Shown here in pieces: positions 12,943 to 26,325 of a DNA stretch of 64,000 nucleotides. The stretch's first letter is position 1. Every line of letters starts with the position of its first letter. A model generated the notes under the pieces. The model had not been told where the DNA came from and searched no databases. It saw only the letters and a program-made list of their open reading frames with translations. The DNA lies in assembly GCF_004010195.1 (NCBI RefSeq), contig NC_057755.1:1725306-1789305 (forward strand). The letters are read 5' to 3'. Origin of the DNA: Chiloscyllium plagiosum (Eukaryota). The translations under genes and the position numbers were made by a program.

Positions 12943-13261
12943 GGGTGGCACGGTGGTTTCGTGTCTAGCACTATTGACACACAGCATCAGGGATCCAGGT
13001 TCAATTCCTGCCTCAGGTGACTGTCTATGTGGAGGTTCCACATTCTCTCTATGTCTGCACGGGTGGTCCGCTTTCCTCCCATAATCCAATAGATGTGCAG
13101 ACCAGGTGATTTGGCCATGCTAAATCGCTCATAATGTTAGATGCATTAGTCAGGGGTAAATATAGGGGATGGGTCTGAATGGGTTACCGTTCAGAGTGTC
13201 AGTGTGGACTTGCTGGGCCGAAGGGCCTGTTTCTACACTGTAGGGAATCTGGTCTAATCTA
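12943..13261 (+). mobile_element. HE1/V-SINE-type SINE, diverged
   Basis: Colinear with the 9622 copy from gggtggcacggtgg to the ctaatct tail. Confidence 0.88.
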
Positions 13262-13925
13262 AGTAGTGATTTAAGGAAGTAAAAAGCAATGTTGATGCAG
13301 CAAACAAAATAACAAACACACATGCACCAGAAAGCAATGCAAGGTATTTATCGTTGGGCAGCATTAGTACAAAAGCAGACTGCCTGTTTGCTCATAGAGT
13401 GCTGATAAGTACGAGTTTTTCAAATGAGATATGGTCCATAAGTCCCTGTAATTACAGAAACTCGGCTTGAGATCTGTACTGTTGCAGTGCTGCATGAGAT
13501 GCAATGGATGAACTAGCACAGTGATAGCGTTCCCAGCTTAGTGACCTTGGCCCTGGATTCAAGTTATAACTATTCCAGGCGTGTGTTATTACATCTTTGA
13601 ACAGTTTGTTTTCCAAAATAAAATGTACAGAGAATAGACAAATACCTGCAGGAACGCGTCCAACAACAGTTAACACAGCTTTCAATTTTATTCTTTTCTC
13701 AATGAGGGCAGACTGATCGAGATACAATTCCATTTCAGTGGTAAACATCTTCTATCGACTGGTTAAGATAAAGTTGTCGTCATCAATTAGTTCAAACTTT
13801 TGAGGAAGGTTAAACAACTTGCACATTGTTGCAACATTAATCTCTCAGTGGTGATCCGACAGAACATAAAGTTTAATGCTTGCATATTATCTGCAACAAG
13901 GAAGAATAACCACTCTACACTGAAG

Positions 13926-13989
13926 ATGCACCTGCCAGTTCAAACAGCCAGGTTTCTTTACATGATCCTTGCCATCGTTGTTGTTCCTG
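13926..13989 (+). pseudogene. Exon 1 of GPR139-like GPCR pseudogene A (MHLPVQTARFLYMILAIVVVP + G)
   Basis: ATG at 13926, 21 codons + 1 nt, ending CCT G|GTAAGT. Same size, phase-1 donor and ...Y..LA....P pattern as exon 1 of the two intact genes. Confidence 0.8.
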
Positions 13990-14144
13990 GTAAGTCTCTA
14001 TAGTTAACGACAATTTGTGGATGAGATCTCCCCTGTTTTTCTTTGTTAATTAAGAGCTTTGAATTCTAATACTGTGTTCAGTCTTATATCCACTTCGGAC
14101 TCGCAATGTCATACAGTTAAATTATATACAGAATTATAGCAGTA

Positions 14145-14965
14145 GGCACAACAGAAACAGACACTTCGGTGCTACTCGTCTATGCCAACCATATGGCTAA
14201 ATTAATCCAGTCCTATTTGCTAACACTGGGTCCATATCCCTCTAAACACTTCCTATCCATACACCCAACCAGATACGTTTTAAATTTGGTCAGAGCATTG
14301 AGTATAGGAGTTGAGAGGTCATTTTGCAGCTCTACGGGACATTGGTTAGGCCACTCTTGGAAAATCGTGTGCAATTCTGGTCTCCCTCTAATCCGAAAGA
14401 TGTTGTGAAACTTGAACGGGTTCATAAAATATTTTCAAGTTGCCCCTCAGGAGCAGCTTCCACACGCAGAGCATGGTATCTGTATGGAATAAGATGCCAC
14501 AAGAAGTCATAGAGTCATTGAGATCTACAGCATGGAAACATACCCTTCGGTCCAACCCGTCCATGCCGACCAGGTAATACAATGACAATATTTAAGAGGC
14601 ATTGGGTTGCTTATGTGAATGGGAAGGTTTTAGAGAGATATGGGCCAAATTCTGGAAAATAAGACGAGATTAGTTTAGGACATCTGGTCAGCATGGACGA
14701 TTTGAACTGACGGATTTGTTTCCATGCTATTCATCTCTATGAATATTTAACTCTAAATATTATAATTGCTCCAGCCTCCACCACTTCCTCTGCCAGCCCA
14801 TTCCACACACGCACCACCCACTGCATGAAAACATTGCTCCTCAGGTCTCTTTTCATTCTTTCCTCTCTCACCCTAAAGCTATGCCATCTGGTACAAGACT
14901 CCCCGACGCCAGGGAAAATACCTTGTCTATTTACTCTATCCATGCTCCCCATGATTTCAAAGAAT
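14145..14965. mobile_element. Cluster of short CR1 3'-end fragments in both orientations
   Basis: QLYGTLVRPLLENRVQFWSP (+, 14324-14420). MDRVNRQGIFPGVGES...RVWNGL (-, 14760-14960). Several CR1/SINE tails. Confidence 0.75.
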
Positions 14966-16519
14966 TCCATATGGCATTGTTGCATACCTGAACTGATTCA
15001 TCAGATTTACTACTCTGTAATTTTATTACATGAGTCAAATATCATAAACTGTTAAATCGGCCTCAGACCAAGGCTACCTTGAGGGAATGAATAATCGGAA
15101 ATGTCAGTAACTACAAAACTACAATAGATTTTGGACACACGCTACAGTGCATCGCCAAAACACAGTGCTCTCACATACTTGTAAGTATCTATATTTGCAC
15201 AGTTGCATTAAAAAAACACATCAGCTTCTTCCTAATTTAGAGAAAAGTGTTCAAGTTTTGTTTGGTATGACAGCTGATTGTTAAGAATGACGTTGTTGGC
15301 CTAGGTAACTAATGAGGTGAACCTATTGGCTTTTCAAAATATGGGAATGATGAAGATTTGAAGAACCATTTTCGTCTTGTAGAGTCATACAGCATAGACA
15401 CAGGCCCTTCAGTCTAACTCTTCCCTGCCAACCAGCCATCCAAAATCTGACCTAGTTCCATTTGCCAGCATTTGGCCCATATCTCTCTAAATATTTCGTA
15501 TTTATGTACACTTCCAGATGCGTTTTAAATGTTATAATTTCCCATCCCCATCAGCTTCTCTGGCAGCTCGTCTTGATTTAAAGTTTTAATCTGCAGTCGT
15601 GCCTGCCGTTTGCTGATGGAGTGTGTCCCTATGAGGAGAAACAGGTGTATGTACATTATTGGATTTCAAATGCAGGTTTCAATCAGAACTGAGAAATAAT
15701 TGCCAATTCCCTCTACTTTCTTAACATCAGAATTTTCATGAACTGACTTGTTTGGCTTCCCCATCCCACAATGCAAATGATTTGTTTCGGCATGAGTCCA
15801 GATCTGCACAGTGAGGTCGATTTTCCTTTCTGATAGTGACCATCCAATCATCTCAGAGACATAAAATAAACCAGAACACTCCTTAAACCCATAACCCGTT
15901 CTTAGTGACAGCAAGTCATTTTCTGTAAAATGCCCCACGACCATGTCCCACAGCTTCCTTCCAAAGGAACTGGCTGATTATATGTATTTGTTTGCATTCA
16001 TTCACCATTCCAATTGGAACTGTTCTCCTTCAATCTGGACTTTTCCGGGTGTTCTTGCTTCACATCTGAGTGGAGAACATTTACAGCTCTTTTAACGCCT
16101 TTTCTTTCCATTGCACTCTGCTAGATAAGCTGCAGGGTACTTCATTCTCTTTTACCACATTGCATAGCTTCACCTGCCAATCCCAGAAATTTTCTTTGCC
16201 TTCACATGCTTCGATGGCGATCATGGATTAATTTTTAGGCAATGAAGCTGGGCAAGCGGCTGAGGTATCATTTGGGAACATTTTGCAGACATTGATCGTA
16301 ACTCAAGATTGATATTGAAAATGATAAGGATTGGCCTTAATTCAAAGCTCTATTCTGGGCGGCAAGGTCGATTTTTGACAAGATAGGTGTGATTTAGACA
16401 GAGATCAGAGACTTTTACTTAAATCCTCGTCAGGGCAGTGTGACACATTCAAAAAGGAAACGGGGGATTACAGTGCCAACATGTTGCGCAAAAACAAAGG
16501 GTGGTATGAGCAATTACTC

Positions 16520-17365
16520 TAAACCCTGCATATCAGGAGATGTACAGGTTTAGTTAACAGATGATAAAAAAAGGTGAAGTGGTAAATAGTGAAGAGGACA
16601 GCCTTACAGTACAGGATGGTATGGACGACTTGGTTAGTTGAGTTGATTAGTGGTAAATGGAATTTAACTGGATAAGTGTGAGCTGATGCACTTAGGCAGG
16701 GCACACATGACAAGAAAATGCATGACAGAGGGTAGAAATCTGGGAAGTACTGAGAATCAGAGGGACCTAGGTGCACATGAATGCCGTAAGTAGCAGGATA
16801 GGTCGATGAAAATGTTTAAGAATGCAGAAAGAACATTTGTCCTTCCAATCCAGAACACAGACTTAAAGATTAGGGAAGGTATGCTGGAAATGTTGGCTAG
16901 TCCACAGCTAGGGTACTGTGTACAGTTCTAGAATCTACAGTTTAGGAGTGTTGTGATTTGCTTGGAGAGTATGCAACGATCGCCACGCCGATTTCAAGGA
17001 TGGAAAGTTTTAATTATGAAGAGGGGAGATTGTTGGGACACATTATTCACATGTTTAAAATTATTAGAGGCATAGACAGCGTAGTAAGGAAATAATTTTT
17101 GTGGATGGGACAATGACCATGGTCATAGATGCAAAGATGCAGAGGGTTTAGAAGGTATGTGATGGTTTATTTTTCCAACTACAGTTTGGAACTCAGCGCC
17201 TGTAAACAGTCCTCATAACATTGAAGTCTTTAGATGTGCATTTGTAATGCTTTGGCACTAATGCTGGAAAACTAGGTATGAATAATTAGGTAATTGTTTT
17301 TGACCAGAGTATGAATCTATACAATAATGCCCATTTTTTAATCTTTGTGCTATAACCTCTTTGTT
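16520..17365 (+). mobile_element. Old CR1 LINE 3' fragment
   Basis: Degenerate WxMEFN..KCELMH and LVxPQL.YCVQF motifs plus CR1 tail. Confidence 0.7.
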
Positions 17366-18366
17366 TTCATGACTTCTCCAACTCGTCTATGGCCTATCAT
17401 ATTTCTGACTAGTATTTCTGGAAGAACCATTGACAACCCACAACGATCCCGACTGTAAGTTTCTCAACTCTCGTTGTTAGGACATCCCACCTTTGTATAT
17501 GTATCATCGGCTTTTACATTTTAAACACTGCAATGAACAACATATTGCTACTTTGCCAAAATTTGCAAGAATCCAAGTCAAAAGTGCAGTATTCAATGTA
17601 TATTCACTGTCCTTATCTTCTTGAAAGCTACGTGTTGATAATTGAAGAGCGTTAATTGCAGGGTTGTGGGGCTTGCAATTAGGGCAGTCTGACATTTTAT
17701 GTGTGTTACCTTGATTTCCGTGCATCCAAGCAACAGGATCTGCCCCTCATCCTCCACCATATTTTCAGGTGACTGAGATTTGCTGCTTAACAAGATTTAA
17801 CATGGTCCTACCTACCTCATCTTTCACTGTTCTCGAAATGAAGCATTTGCACCCTGCTTGGAAACCACCTTTCAACAAAATGTAATATCACTGTCTGAGA
17901 TCATCATCCCTTTGTGATTGATATACATCTGCCCTCAAAACAAACATTAAAAAACATACCTCTTCCTTTACAACTTTTCTCTGACATTGTAGTTGATTTA
18001 TCTCGGCTCGCTTTTGATATTTTGCTGCCATAGTGATTTATTTTCCTCCTGACACGTTAATGCTATGATTCACTGTGGAGAGTTACCTATCTTTAGGGAA
18101 GGTAGGAGATGACCTATACGCGATTCCAGACCCACAACAATATAACTGAACCTTATTTATCCCCTGGGTAATTAGCAATTAGAAATAAATGCTGATCTAG
18201 CCAGCGATGCCAACACCCCATGAATGAATAGAAATAAAATTTTCCTGTCATGTAGTGTTGCCCAATTCTCACACCACATTATCTAGTTGTGTCGACTGTT
18301 CTTGAAGGAATCGCAGGCGGCATATAATTCAAGTTTACCCTTCCCTGGAGTTTTAGATTTTAGTCT

Positions 18367-18854
18367 AAAATGATTATCATGAACATACCATTTTACTGCA
18401 AGAATAAACAATAGCTACTTTAACGACCCTCGTTGGATTGTATTCCACTTATTTCCTATGGCCTTAATACCAATCGTGCCATTCTTTTTCACTGTGTTCC
18501 ATAATGTTCTGATAATCATGCGCATTTTATTTACAAGTCAAGTCCGTAAGGGATTGAGTGGTCAGAATAATGATGAGAAACAGAATGACCCAGAGATGAA
18601 AAATGGAATTACGGCAGGGATTTTACTCTTCACTATATCCCGAAACTTCATGCTTCTCTGGCTGCTGTATGTTTTATACATCCTTGAAAGATGATGACTA
18701 TGAAACCTTTGAACAAGTTGGATACATGCTGCACAATGTACGTTGCTGCACAAGCACATTTATTTACATGGCAACTCTGTCCAAGTTCCGACTTCAGTTC
18801 AAAAGAGCGATGGACTTTGCAGCTTGCAGAATTATTGAACTAATCACTGCATAA
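18367..18854 (+). pseudogene. GPR139-like GPCR pseudogene A, ECL2-TM7/helix 8 remnant of exon 2
   Basis: KMIIMNIPFYCKNK / SYFNDPRW...IPIVPF...SQVRKGL...DPEM...ILLFTISRNFMLLWLL / VGYMLHNVRCCTSTFIYMATLSKFR aligns to the gene at 28647. Frameshifts near 18410 and 18690. TM1-TM4 part not found. Confidence 0.88.
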
Positions 18855-19034
18855 GTCTGACAAATCTCAACATTCAGTGGGCAAGGTACAAGAAATGTCC
18901 AAAGGCAACCATTCTAGAGTTGCAAGTCTGTCAGAGAGAAATGAGAACGGGGAATATTCAGCAGACATCAAGAGAACCAAAGGAAGATGAAGATAAGGAC
19001 ACAGGTTTGACAATTCAAGGAGAAAAGGCGTCAT

Positions 19035-19328
19035 TTCTGTTCTGAAGATTGGTCACTGTATCCAAAATGTTAACTCTGACTTCTCTCCACAGATGCTGCC
19101 AAACCTGCTGAGTCTTTGCAGCAATTTATTTTGTTTGTTTTGTTTGACATTTGGGGGACCAGTGTAAATGAGCTGCAGCTAATTCACAGATGAATTCCTG
19201 ATGAAGGGAGTATACTTGAAAAGTCGATTGTCCTGCTCCTCTGATGCTGCCTGACGTGGTGTTTTTTTTTTCCAGCATCACACTCTCGACTCGATCCGCA
19301 GCATCTGCCGTCCTCACTTTCTCCTAGG
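19035..19328 (+). mobile_element. Two short Penelope-like terminal fragments with degenerate hammerhead motifs
   Basis: ctgaagattggtcactgtatccaaaatgtt...gatgctgcc and cctgatgaagggagtatacttgaaaagtcgat...gatgctgcctgac. The second is colinear with 24746-24873. Confidence 0.6.
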
Positions 19329-20974
19329 TAATGCACAGACCAAAGTTTAGTGGAGCAAAGGGATGAGCCAATATGTACCCAAGACGACTGGAAAGAAAGT
19401 GGCAGGAGCAGAGTCTCAGCTTCCTTCTTAACCACAGATAATAAGAGTTATCCAAAGTGTCGTTTCCAGTTCTCTTCGTTCGATTTCCAGTTCCTTTCAT
19501 CCTGGAGAAAAAAAAAATAATTCAAAATGTGAAGCAATGCAGATGCAGGAGTATTCCCTATGTCAATAACAATGGTCCTAAGTATTCATATGGTTCTGAT
19601 TCTCACACCAGAAGCTGATAATGGAGGTATTTGCTTTCTGACTAGAGTGAAAGTGCTCAGGTGATGGGGGTGGAGTGGGGTGGGGGGTGTTTGGGCTGTA
19701 TAGAGATGGGGTGACGTGCTGTCATCTGGGCAGATTGCATCTGTTAATATGATGTGGATGATTACTGTAATTCAGGATCTTCGTCCAAGGAGTCTGGCAG
19801 TGGGTAATCAGGGATATGTTTCTTCAAATATCCACCAGAAGGGACTGGGGAGGAATGTTGGTGAAAGCTGGTTGCAGGCACTCAGTCTACATTTGGCACA
19901 GGAGCCAATGTGACAACTGATCTCACACTCCATCCGTTCTCAGGAATTCAGAAAGTTCCAATCACAGTTTTAAATCTGATCTGTTGAGCAAATTCGAACC
20001 AGGGTTCAGCATCATTGCCCATTCTTTCCACTTAATTTTAATTGCTGCATCAGCTTATATGCTATTTAAGTCTTCCATCACACCATCTTCTAACATCATT
20101 TCCTGGAAATTTCAGACCCAGACTTTATTGCTTTGTCTCCAGCAACATCTATATATCAAAGTGTTCTTATTTTTCAAATCAGTCAAAAATTTCACCCAAC
20201 CTTTCCCTGTAAGATCAATGTCTTCTACCTCTGTAAATATCTCCAGCCTGGAAATGTTCCCAGTTTCAGTAATCCTTCCCTAACACAACACCCATTACTG
20301 ACTGTGTCATAACTTACAACTTGCAATGACTCAATTCCCCTGTAATACTGTCCAGACAAATATAAATTTTCACCTTGCTTGAAACGCAATAATCCTCTAT
20401 ATCTTTGTAACATCCCCCAGGCTCACGCTGTTTATTATTTTTATTAACCTGCACTGTTTCAGCATCCGTCCTTCCCTCTGCCCTTCTGCATAACTATTAC
20501 TGTAAGCACCTTCTGACTCACAGATCTTTCTTTCTCACCAACCTTCTCCAGCCGCAATCCCTCACTATTCCTGCGACCAATTCCAGACTCACAGACCTTT
20601 CAATCTCTGATTTTCTCCAAACCAATTCACACCCTGATACTGCAAACACTTGTGGTCTCACAATATTCCATATCATCATTACCTTCAGCAATATTATGCA
20701 AAATTCTCAGGGCTGATGGGCTAATGGTCCTCTCTACATTCTTTAAATGTCTCTACCACTCTATGACTCGAAAGCCATCTACTCTCTCCTGTTATCGTGA
20801 ACACTTCAGTCCTCACAACCATTCTGCTGTTCTGCACCTTTACTTCCTCTTCATTAATGCAGACATTTTTGGATTCAATCTGTATTTATGTCTTTTACAG
20901 CATCACTACCTCAGAAGTTCCAAATCATCTTTATCTTTAGTTGGCGTTTCTTAATTCTCACTCTCTGGTCCGTG

Positions 20975-21625
20975 TTTCCCCCATAAGGGGAAATATTCTT
21001 TCAGTATTTACCTTGGACCAGCCCCTCGGGAATACTCTATATTTCATGTGAGATCATCTCTCATTCTCTAACCTCCAGTGAGTAGAGTCCCAACCACATT
21101 AACCATTGTTCATAAGGCTATCCCTCTGTACCAGGAGTCATCGGAGTGAACCTTTTCTGAACTTCTACCAATAAAATCTTGTGTTTCCATAAATACAGGG
21201 ACCAGAGCTGCTCACAGCCCTCCAGTTGTGGTCTCACTAGAAGCTTGTGCAGTCTGACCAAATTGCGTTTACTCTTATATTCCAACTCTTTTGAAATAAG
21301 GGCTGATATACCATTAACCTTTCCAATTACCTCTTCCCCTGTGTTAACTTACTGTGTTTCGTGTGCAAGTCCCTCCCAAGTGCACAGATTCACTATCTGC
21401 TTACAGAAAAAAATCCTGCTCATATCTGACTTAAATAGTTGACTCCTTATTTTGAGATAATGTCCTTTTGACCTAGACACTTCTACAAGGGAAACAATCT
21501 TTCCACATCTAGCCTGTCATGTCCCCTTAGAATCTGGTATGTTTCAATAAAGTTGCCTCACATTTTTCTGAACTCCAATGAATGCAGAGCCAACCTAAAC
21601 AACCACTCCTCATAACATAGTCCCT
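20975..21625 (-). mobile_element. Old CR1 3' fragments
   Basis: Typical CR1 3' coding remnants (tcattctctaacctccagtgagtagagtcccaacc...accagagctgctcacag) occurring twice. Confidence 0.6.
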
Positions 21626-21677
21626 CCTACCTGGCATAAGCAAGATGGGCAAGTGACCTCATGGTCATAGGAGAAGT

Positions 21678-22062
21678 CCTGAGTGTAGTCCATCTCTCAG
21701 CCATTGACAGACTGTACCGGATCCAGATTTCCAAATGGAAAGTGCAATGCTTTGCAGAACTCTTGCTAAGCTTCTCAGTGCACTGTCCCAGGCCCAGACT
21801 ATCCTTCACGGATTCAGTAAAGATCTGAATTGGACGTGGTGCCACTGAGAACTGTTCTGCAGGAACCATATAAACGTTGTTCAGGTCACAGCAAGAGTAC
21901 TGTTTTCACGCTGAAATCCATACGATGGGAGGGATGTCATAGCATTGAAGGTGGGGACAAAGGAAATTGGCCTGCATGTTGCCTGAGCGGAAGGGATTCA
22001 GTTATGAAGAGAGATTGGGCAGATTGGAGTTGTTTTCCTCAGAACATAGAAGATTGAGAGAG
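21678..22062. repeat. Left arm of inverted duplication (reverse complement of 25281-25661)
   Basis: cctgagtgtagtccatctctcagccattgacag...gaagattgagagag matches the reverse complement of ctctctaaatcttc...ggactacactcagg. Both translate MKRDWADWSCFPQN in the ORF track. Confidence 0.92.
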
Positions 22063-24875
22063 TCTGAGTGTTGGGCCTGAGAAAACGTGGGGGGAGGAGA
22101 AATGAGAAAGCTGGAGAAATCTGCATTCATCCCTTGTGGTTGGAGGGTTCCTAGGCGGAAGATGAGGCGCTCTTCCTCCAGGCGTCATGTTGCTATGGTC
22201 TGGCGATGGAGGGGTCCAAGGACCTGCATGTCCTTGGCGGATTGGGACAGGGAGTTAAAATGTTCAGCCACAGGACGGTTGGGTTGCTTGGTGCAGGTGT
22301 CCCAGAGTTGTTCTCTGAAATCTTCCGCCAGTAGGCGGCCTGTCTCCCCAATGTACAGGAGACTACATCGGGTGCAGTGGATGCAGTAAATGATGTGTGT
22401 GGAGGTGCAGGTGAATTTCTGTCGGATATGGAAGGATTCCTTGGGGCCTTGGAGGGAAGTGAGAGGGGTGATGTGGGCGCAGGTTTTGAATTTCTTGCGG
22501 TTAGTGCCGCAGGGGAAGGTGCCGGGAGTGGAGGTTGTGTTGGTGTGGGATGTGGATCTGACGAGGGAGTCAAGGAGGGAGTTGTCTTTCCATAAAGCTG
22601 ATAGGGGTGGAGACGGAAATATATCCTTGGTGGTGCGGTCTGATTGGAGATGGCGGAAATGACGAAGGATGATACGATGTATCTGGAGGTTGGTGGGATG
22701 TTAGGTGAGGACCAGTGAGGTACTGTCTTGGTGGCGATGGAGGGGCGGGGTTCAAGGGCGGAGGACCAGGAAGAGGAGGAGATGCGGTGGAGAGCATCGT
22801 CAACCACGTCTGAGGGGAAACTTCAGTCTCTGTAGAAGAAGGCCATCTGGGTTGTTCGTTATTGGAATTTGTCCTCCTGGGAGCAGATGCTGCGAAGGCG
22901 AAGGAATTTAAATATGAGATAGCGTTTTTACAGGGGGCAGGGTGGGAGGAGGTGTAATCTAGGTAGCTGTGGGAGTCAGTCAGTTTATAGTAAATGTCCG
23001 TGTTGAGTCGGTCGTCCGAGATAGAAAAGGAGAGGTCTAGGAAGGGGAGGGAGGAGTCTGCGAAGGTCCAGGTAAATTTGAGGTCGCAGTGGAAGGTATT
23101 AGTAAAGTGGATGAACTGTTCAACCTCCTCGTGGGAGCACGAAGTAGCACCGATACAGTCATCGATGTAGCGGAGGAAAAGGTGGGGGTAGTGCCAGTGT
23201 AGCTGCGGAAGATGGACTGTTCCAAATATTCTACGAAGAGGCAGGCATAGCTGGGGCCCACGCGGGTGCCCATGGCTACTCCTTTGGTTTGGAGGAAGTG
23301 GAAGGATTGGAAAGAGAAGTTGTTTAGAGTGAAGACCAGTTCAGTCAGTCGAAGGAGGGTTTCAGTGGACGGGTACTGGTTGGTTCAGCGGGAAAGAAGA
23401 AGTGGAGGGCTTTGAGTCCTTCGTGATGGGGGATGGAGGTGCATAGGGACTGGATGTCCATGGTGAAGATAAGGCGTTGGGGACCGGGGAAGCGAAAATC
23501 ATGGAGGAGGTGGAGGGCGTGGGTGGTGTCCCGAACGTAGGTGAGGAGTCCTTGGACTAAGGGGGGCAGGACCGTGTCAAGGTATGCAGAAATGAGTTCG
23601 GTGGGGCAGGAGCAGGCTGAGAAAATTGCCAGGACAGTCAGGTTTGTGGACTTTGGGCAGAAGGTAGCAAAGGATGGTGCGGGGTTGTGGGACTATGAGG
23701 TTGGAGACGGTGGATGGGAGATCCCGAGGTGATGAGGTTATGGATGGTCTGGGAGATGATGGTTTGCTGGTGGAACGTGGTGACATGGTCAATGGGGCTG
23801 TAGTAGGAGGAGGTGTCCGAGAGCTGGCGTTAGCGTCAGCAATATAAAGATTGGTTGCGCCAAACTCCCTCGTCTGCCGGTTTGTTGGCGTTGTTGGGGT
23901 TGGAGCGGAGGGAGTGGAGTGCTTCACGTTGCTACGGTGAGAGGTTGGAGTGGGTGAGAGGGGTGGACAGGTTGAGGTGGTCAATGTCACAGCGGCAGGT
24001 GTCCAGGTGTATGGGCTGTGTTGGAGCTGGGGGAAGGGGTCGTCAGCAGGTGGGCGGGAGTCCTGGTTGAAGAAGTAGGTGCGGAGGCGAAGGCGGCAGA
24101 ATAAATGCTCGATGTTTCACCACGTGTTGAATTCGTTAATCCGGGAGCGTAGGGGGATGAAGGTGAGGCCTCTGCTGAGAACTGATCTTTCATCCACAGA
24201 AAGGGGGAGGTCTGGAGGGATGGTGAAAATACGCCAGAGCTCGGAGCTAGGACCTGGTGTGGGACTGGAGCTGGGAGTGGGGGCGGAGTTAGGCGTGGGG
24301 GCGGAGATCGGCGCGAGGCACAGAAAACACCTCTGGGACACCCGCACCAACCAACCCAACCGTCCCGTGGCTGAACACTTTAACCCCCCCGCCCACTCCG
24401 CCAAGGACATGCAGGTCCTTGGACTCCTCCATCGCCAGACCATAGCAACACGACGCCTGGAGGAAGAGCGCCTCATCTTCCGCCTAGGAACCCTCCAACC
24501 ACAAGGGATGAATGCAGATTTCTCCAGCTTTATCATTTCTCCTCCCCCACCTTTTCTCAGGCCCAACACCCAGACTCAGCACTGCCTTCTTGACCTGCAA
24601 TCTTCTTCCCGACCCCTCCGTGCCCACCAACTCTCCGGCCTATCACCCTCACCTTAACTTCCTTCCACCTATCGTATTCCCAACGCTCTTCCCCCAAGTT
24701 CCTCCTCCCTACGTTTTATCTTAGCCTGTTTTACACACCTTCCTCAATCCTGAAGAAGGGCTTATGCCCGAAACGTCGATTCTCTTGCACCTATGTTGCT
24801 GCCTGACCTGCTGCGCTTTTTCCAGCAACACATTTTTAAGCTCTGATCTCCATCATCTGCAGCCCTCACTTTCTC
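22063..24875 (-). mobile_element. Penelope-like retroelement (RT + GIY-YIG, frameshifted) with inverted copy of its 3' end at about 24315-24875 on +
   Basis: GVAMGTRVGPSYACLFV and RYIDD (RT). IIYCIHCTRCSLLYIGETGR (GIY-YIG). N-terminal SVLSRGLTFIP. The + strand 24320-24576 mirrors 22063-22320. Confidence 0.92.
24746..24781 (+). ncRNA. Minimal type I hammerhead ribozyme motif in Penelope terminal repeat
   Basis: AATC-CTGAAGA-A-GGGC-TTAT-GCCC-GAAAC-GTC-GATT: stem I AATC/GATT, intact core, stem II GGGC/GCCC, loopless palindromic ACGT stem III, GUC cleavage triplet. Confidence 0.8.
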
Positions 24876-25280
24876 GTGGTATTATTGTTGGCACGGGTAT
24901 GGTAGGTCAAATGGCCTGTTCTTGTGCTGTGCTGTTCTATCTTCTCAGTGTGCATCTGCGAGCACAGGCATGCAAGGCTAAGGGCCAAATGTTTGAAAAT
25001 CGGGTAACAATGGGGTCGGATCACTGGGGAGGTGATGGCTATGTAGTAATATTGGTGGGCTGTTATTTTAGAGACCCAGTTGGCATTTTGGGACTTGGGT
25101 TCAATCCTGGTTTTGACAGCGACCTTAAAATGAACAAAACGAATGTCCTCATTCAGTCTAAATCCTCAACCACTTTCTGTAAATCCATGTCCTCTGCGCA
25201 GTGATACCTTCATCAACAGGAATAGTGTATTCATGTCTACTCTGTTTGTCCCTCTCATTATTAACAAATCGCAATCCTGT

Positions 25281-25661
25281 TCTCTCTAAATCTTCTTTAT
25301 TCTGAGGAAAACAACTCCAATCTGCCCAATCTCTCTTCATAACTGAATCTCTTCCGTTCAGGCAACATGTAGGCCAATCTCCTTTGTCGCCACGTTCAAT
25401 ACATCCCTCCCATCGTATGGATTTCAGCGTGTGAACAATACTCTTGCTGTGACCTGAACAACGTTTAATACAGTTCCTGCAGAACAGTTCTCAGTGGCAC
25501 CACGTCCAATTCAGATCTTTACTGAATCCATGAAGGATAGTCTGGGCTTGGGACAGTGCTCTGAGCAGCTTAGCAAGAGGTCTGCACAGCATTGCAATTC
25601 CCATTTGGAAATCTGGATCCGGTAGAGTCTGTCAATGGCTGAGAGATGGACTACACTCAGG
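25281..25661. repeat. Right arm of inverted duplication (reverse complement of 21678-22062)
   Basis: Direct sequence comparison shows scattered substitutions and small indels. Confidence 0.92.
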
Positions 25662-26325
25662 TTTGAGCTGAAGCAATGAGGCACAACCTGGAATCCATAT
25701 TGCATACTTCTGAGCCTGAGCCTATTGTTGTTGTCTGCACCCTCGGAGCGTGAGTTGGCAGAATGTCTCTTCTGTTCCAAACGATCCAAAAGTCCAATGG
25801 AACAAATATCCCAAGCCAGAATTCACAGGCTTCATTCCCACCTCTGCCAACAACAGCCACGGATGTGCGCAACCACGTCTACAAACATCTCGGTGGAGGA
25901 CTATAACAAGCTTGCACCACACCGCCCAATTCACAATGGGTAGAGTTCGTGGCCAGACCCTTTAGTACATTGAAGGTAGAGGCAATACCCGCTGTACCTA
26001 TACAATGATTAACTACTGAACGATATTTTTGTTCATGTAACGCGCTGCGGTGCTCCTACACATCTCATTGTAGCTGGATGGTAATCAATAGATGTTGGAC
26101 CATGCATTGACTTTGCTGCTTATGTCACTGATGCTGGCAGAGCCCATCACTGCTGATGGAGACAGGGACCCTTAGTGATGGTGGAGGAAAGGATGTCTAG
26201 CACGGAGAATGCTGCAGAAAGCCCAACGGTGTCTGAGAGAATTACTGCTCATATATTTGCCGAAATCAGAGCGGATTGGAAACGTGAACTCCGTTTCTCT
26301 CCTTGTCTCTGCATAAATGCATCCA

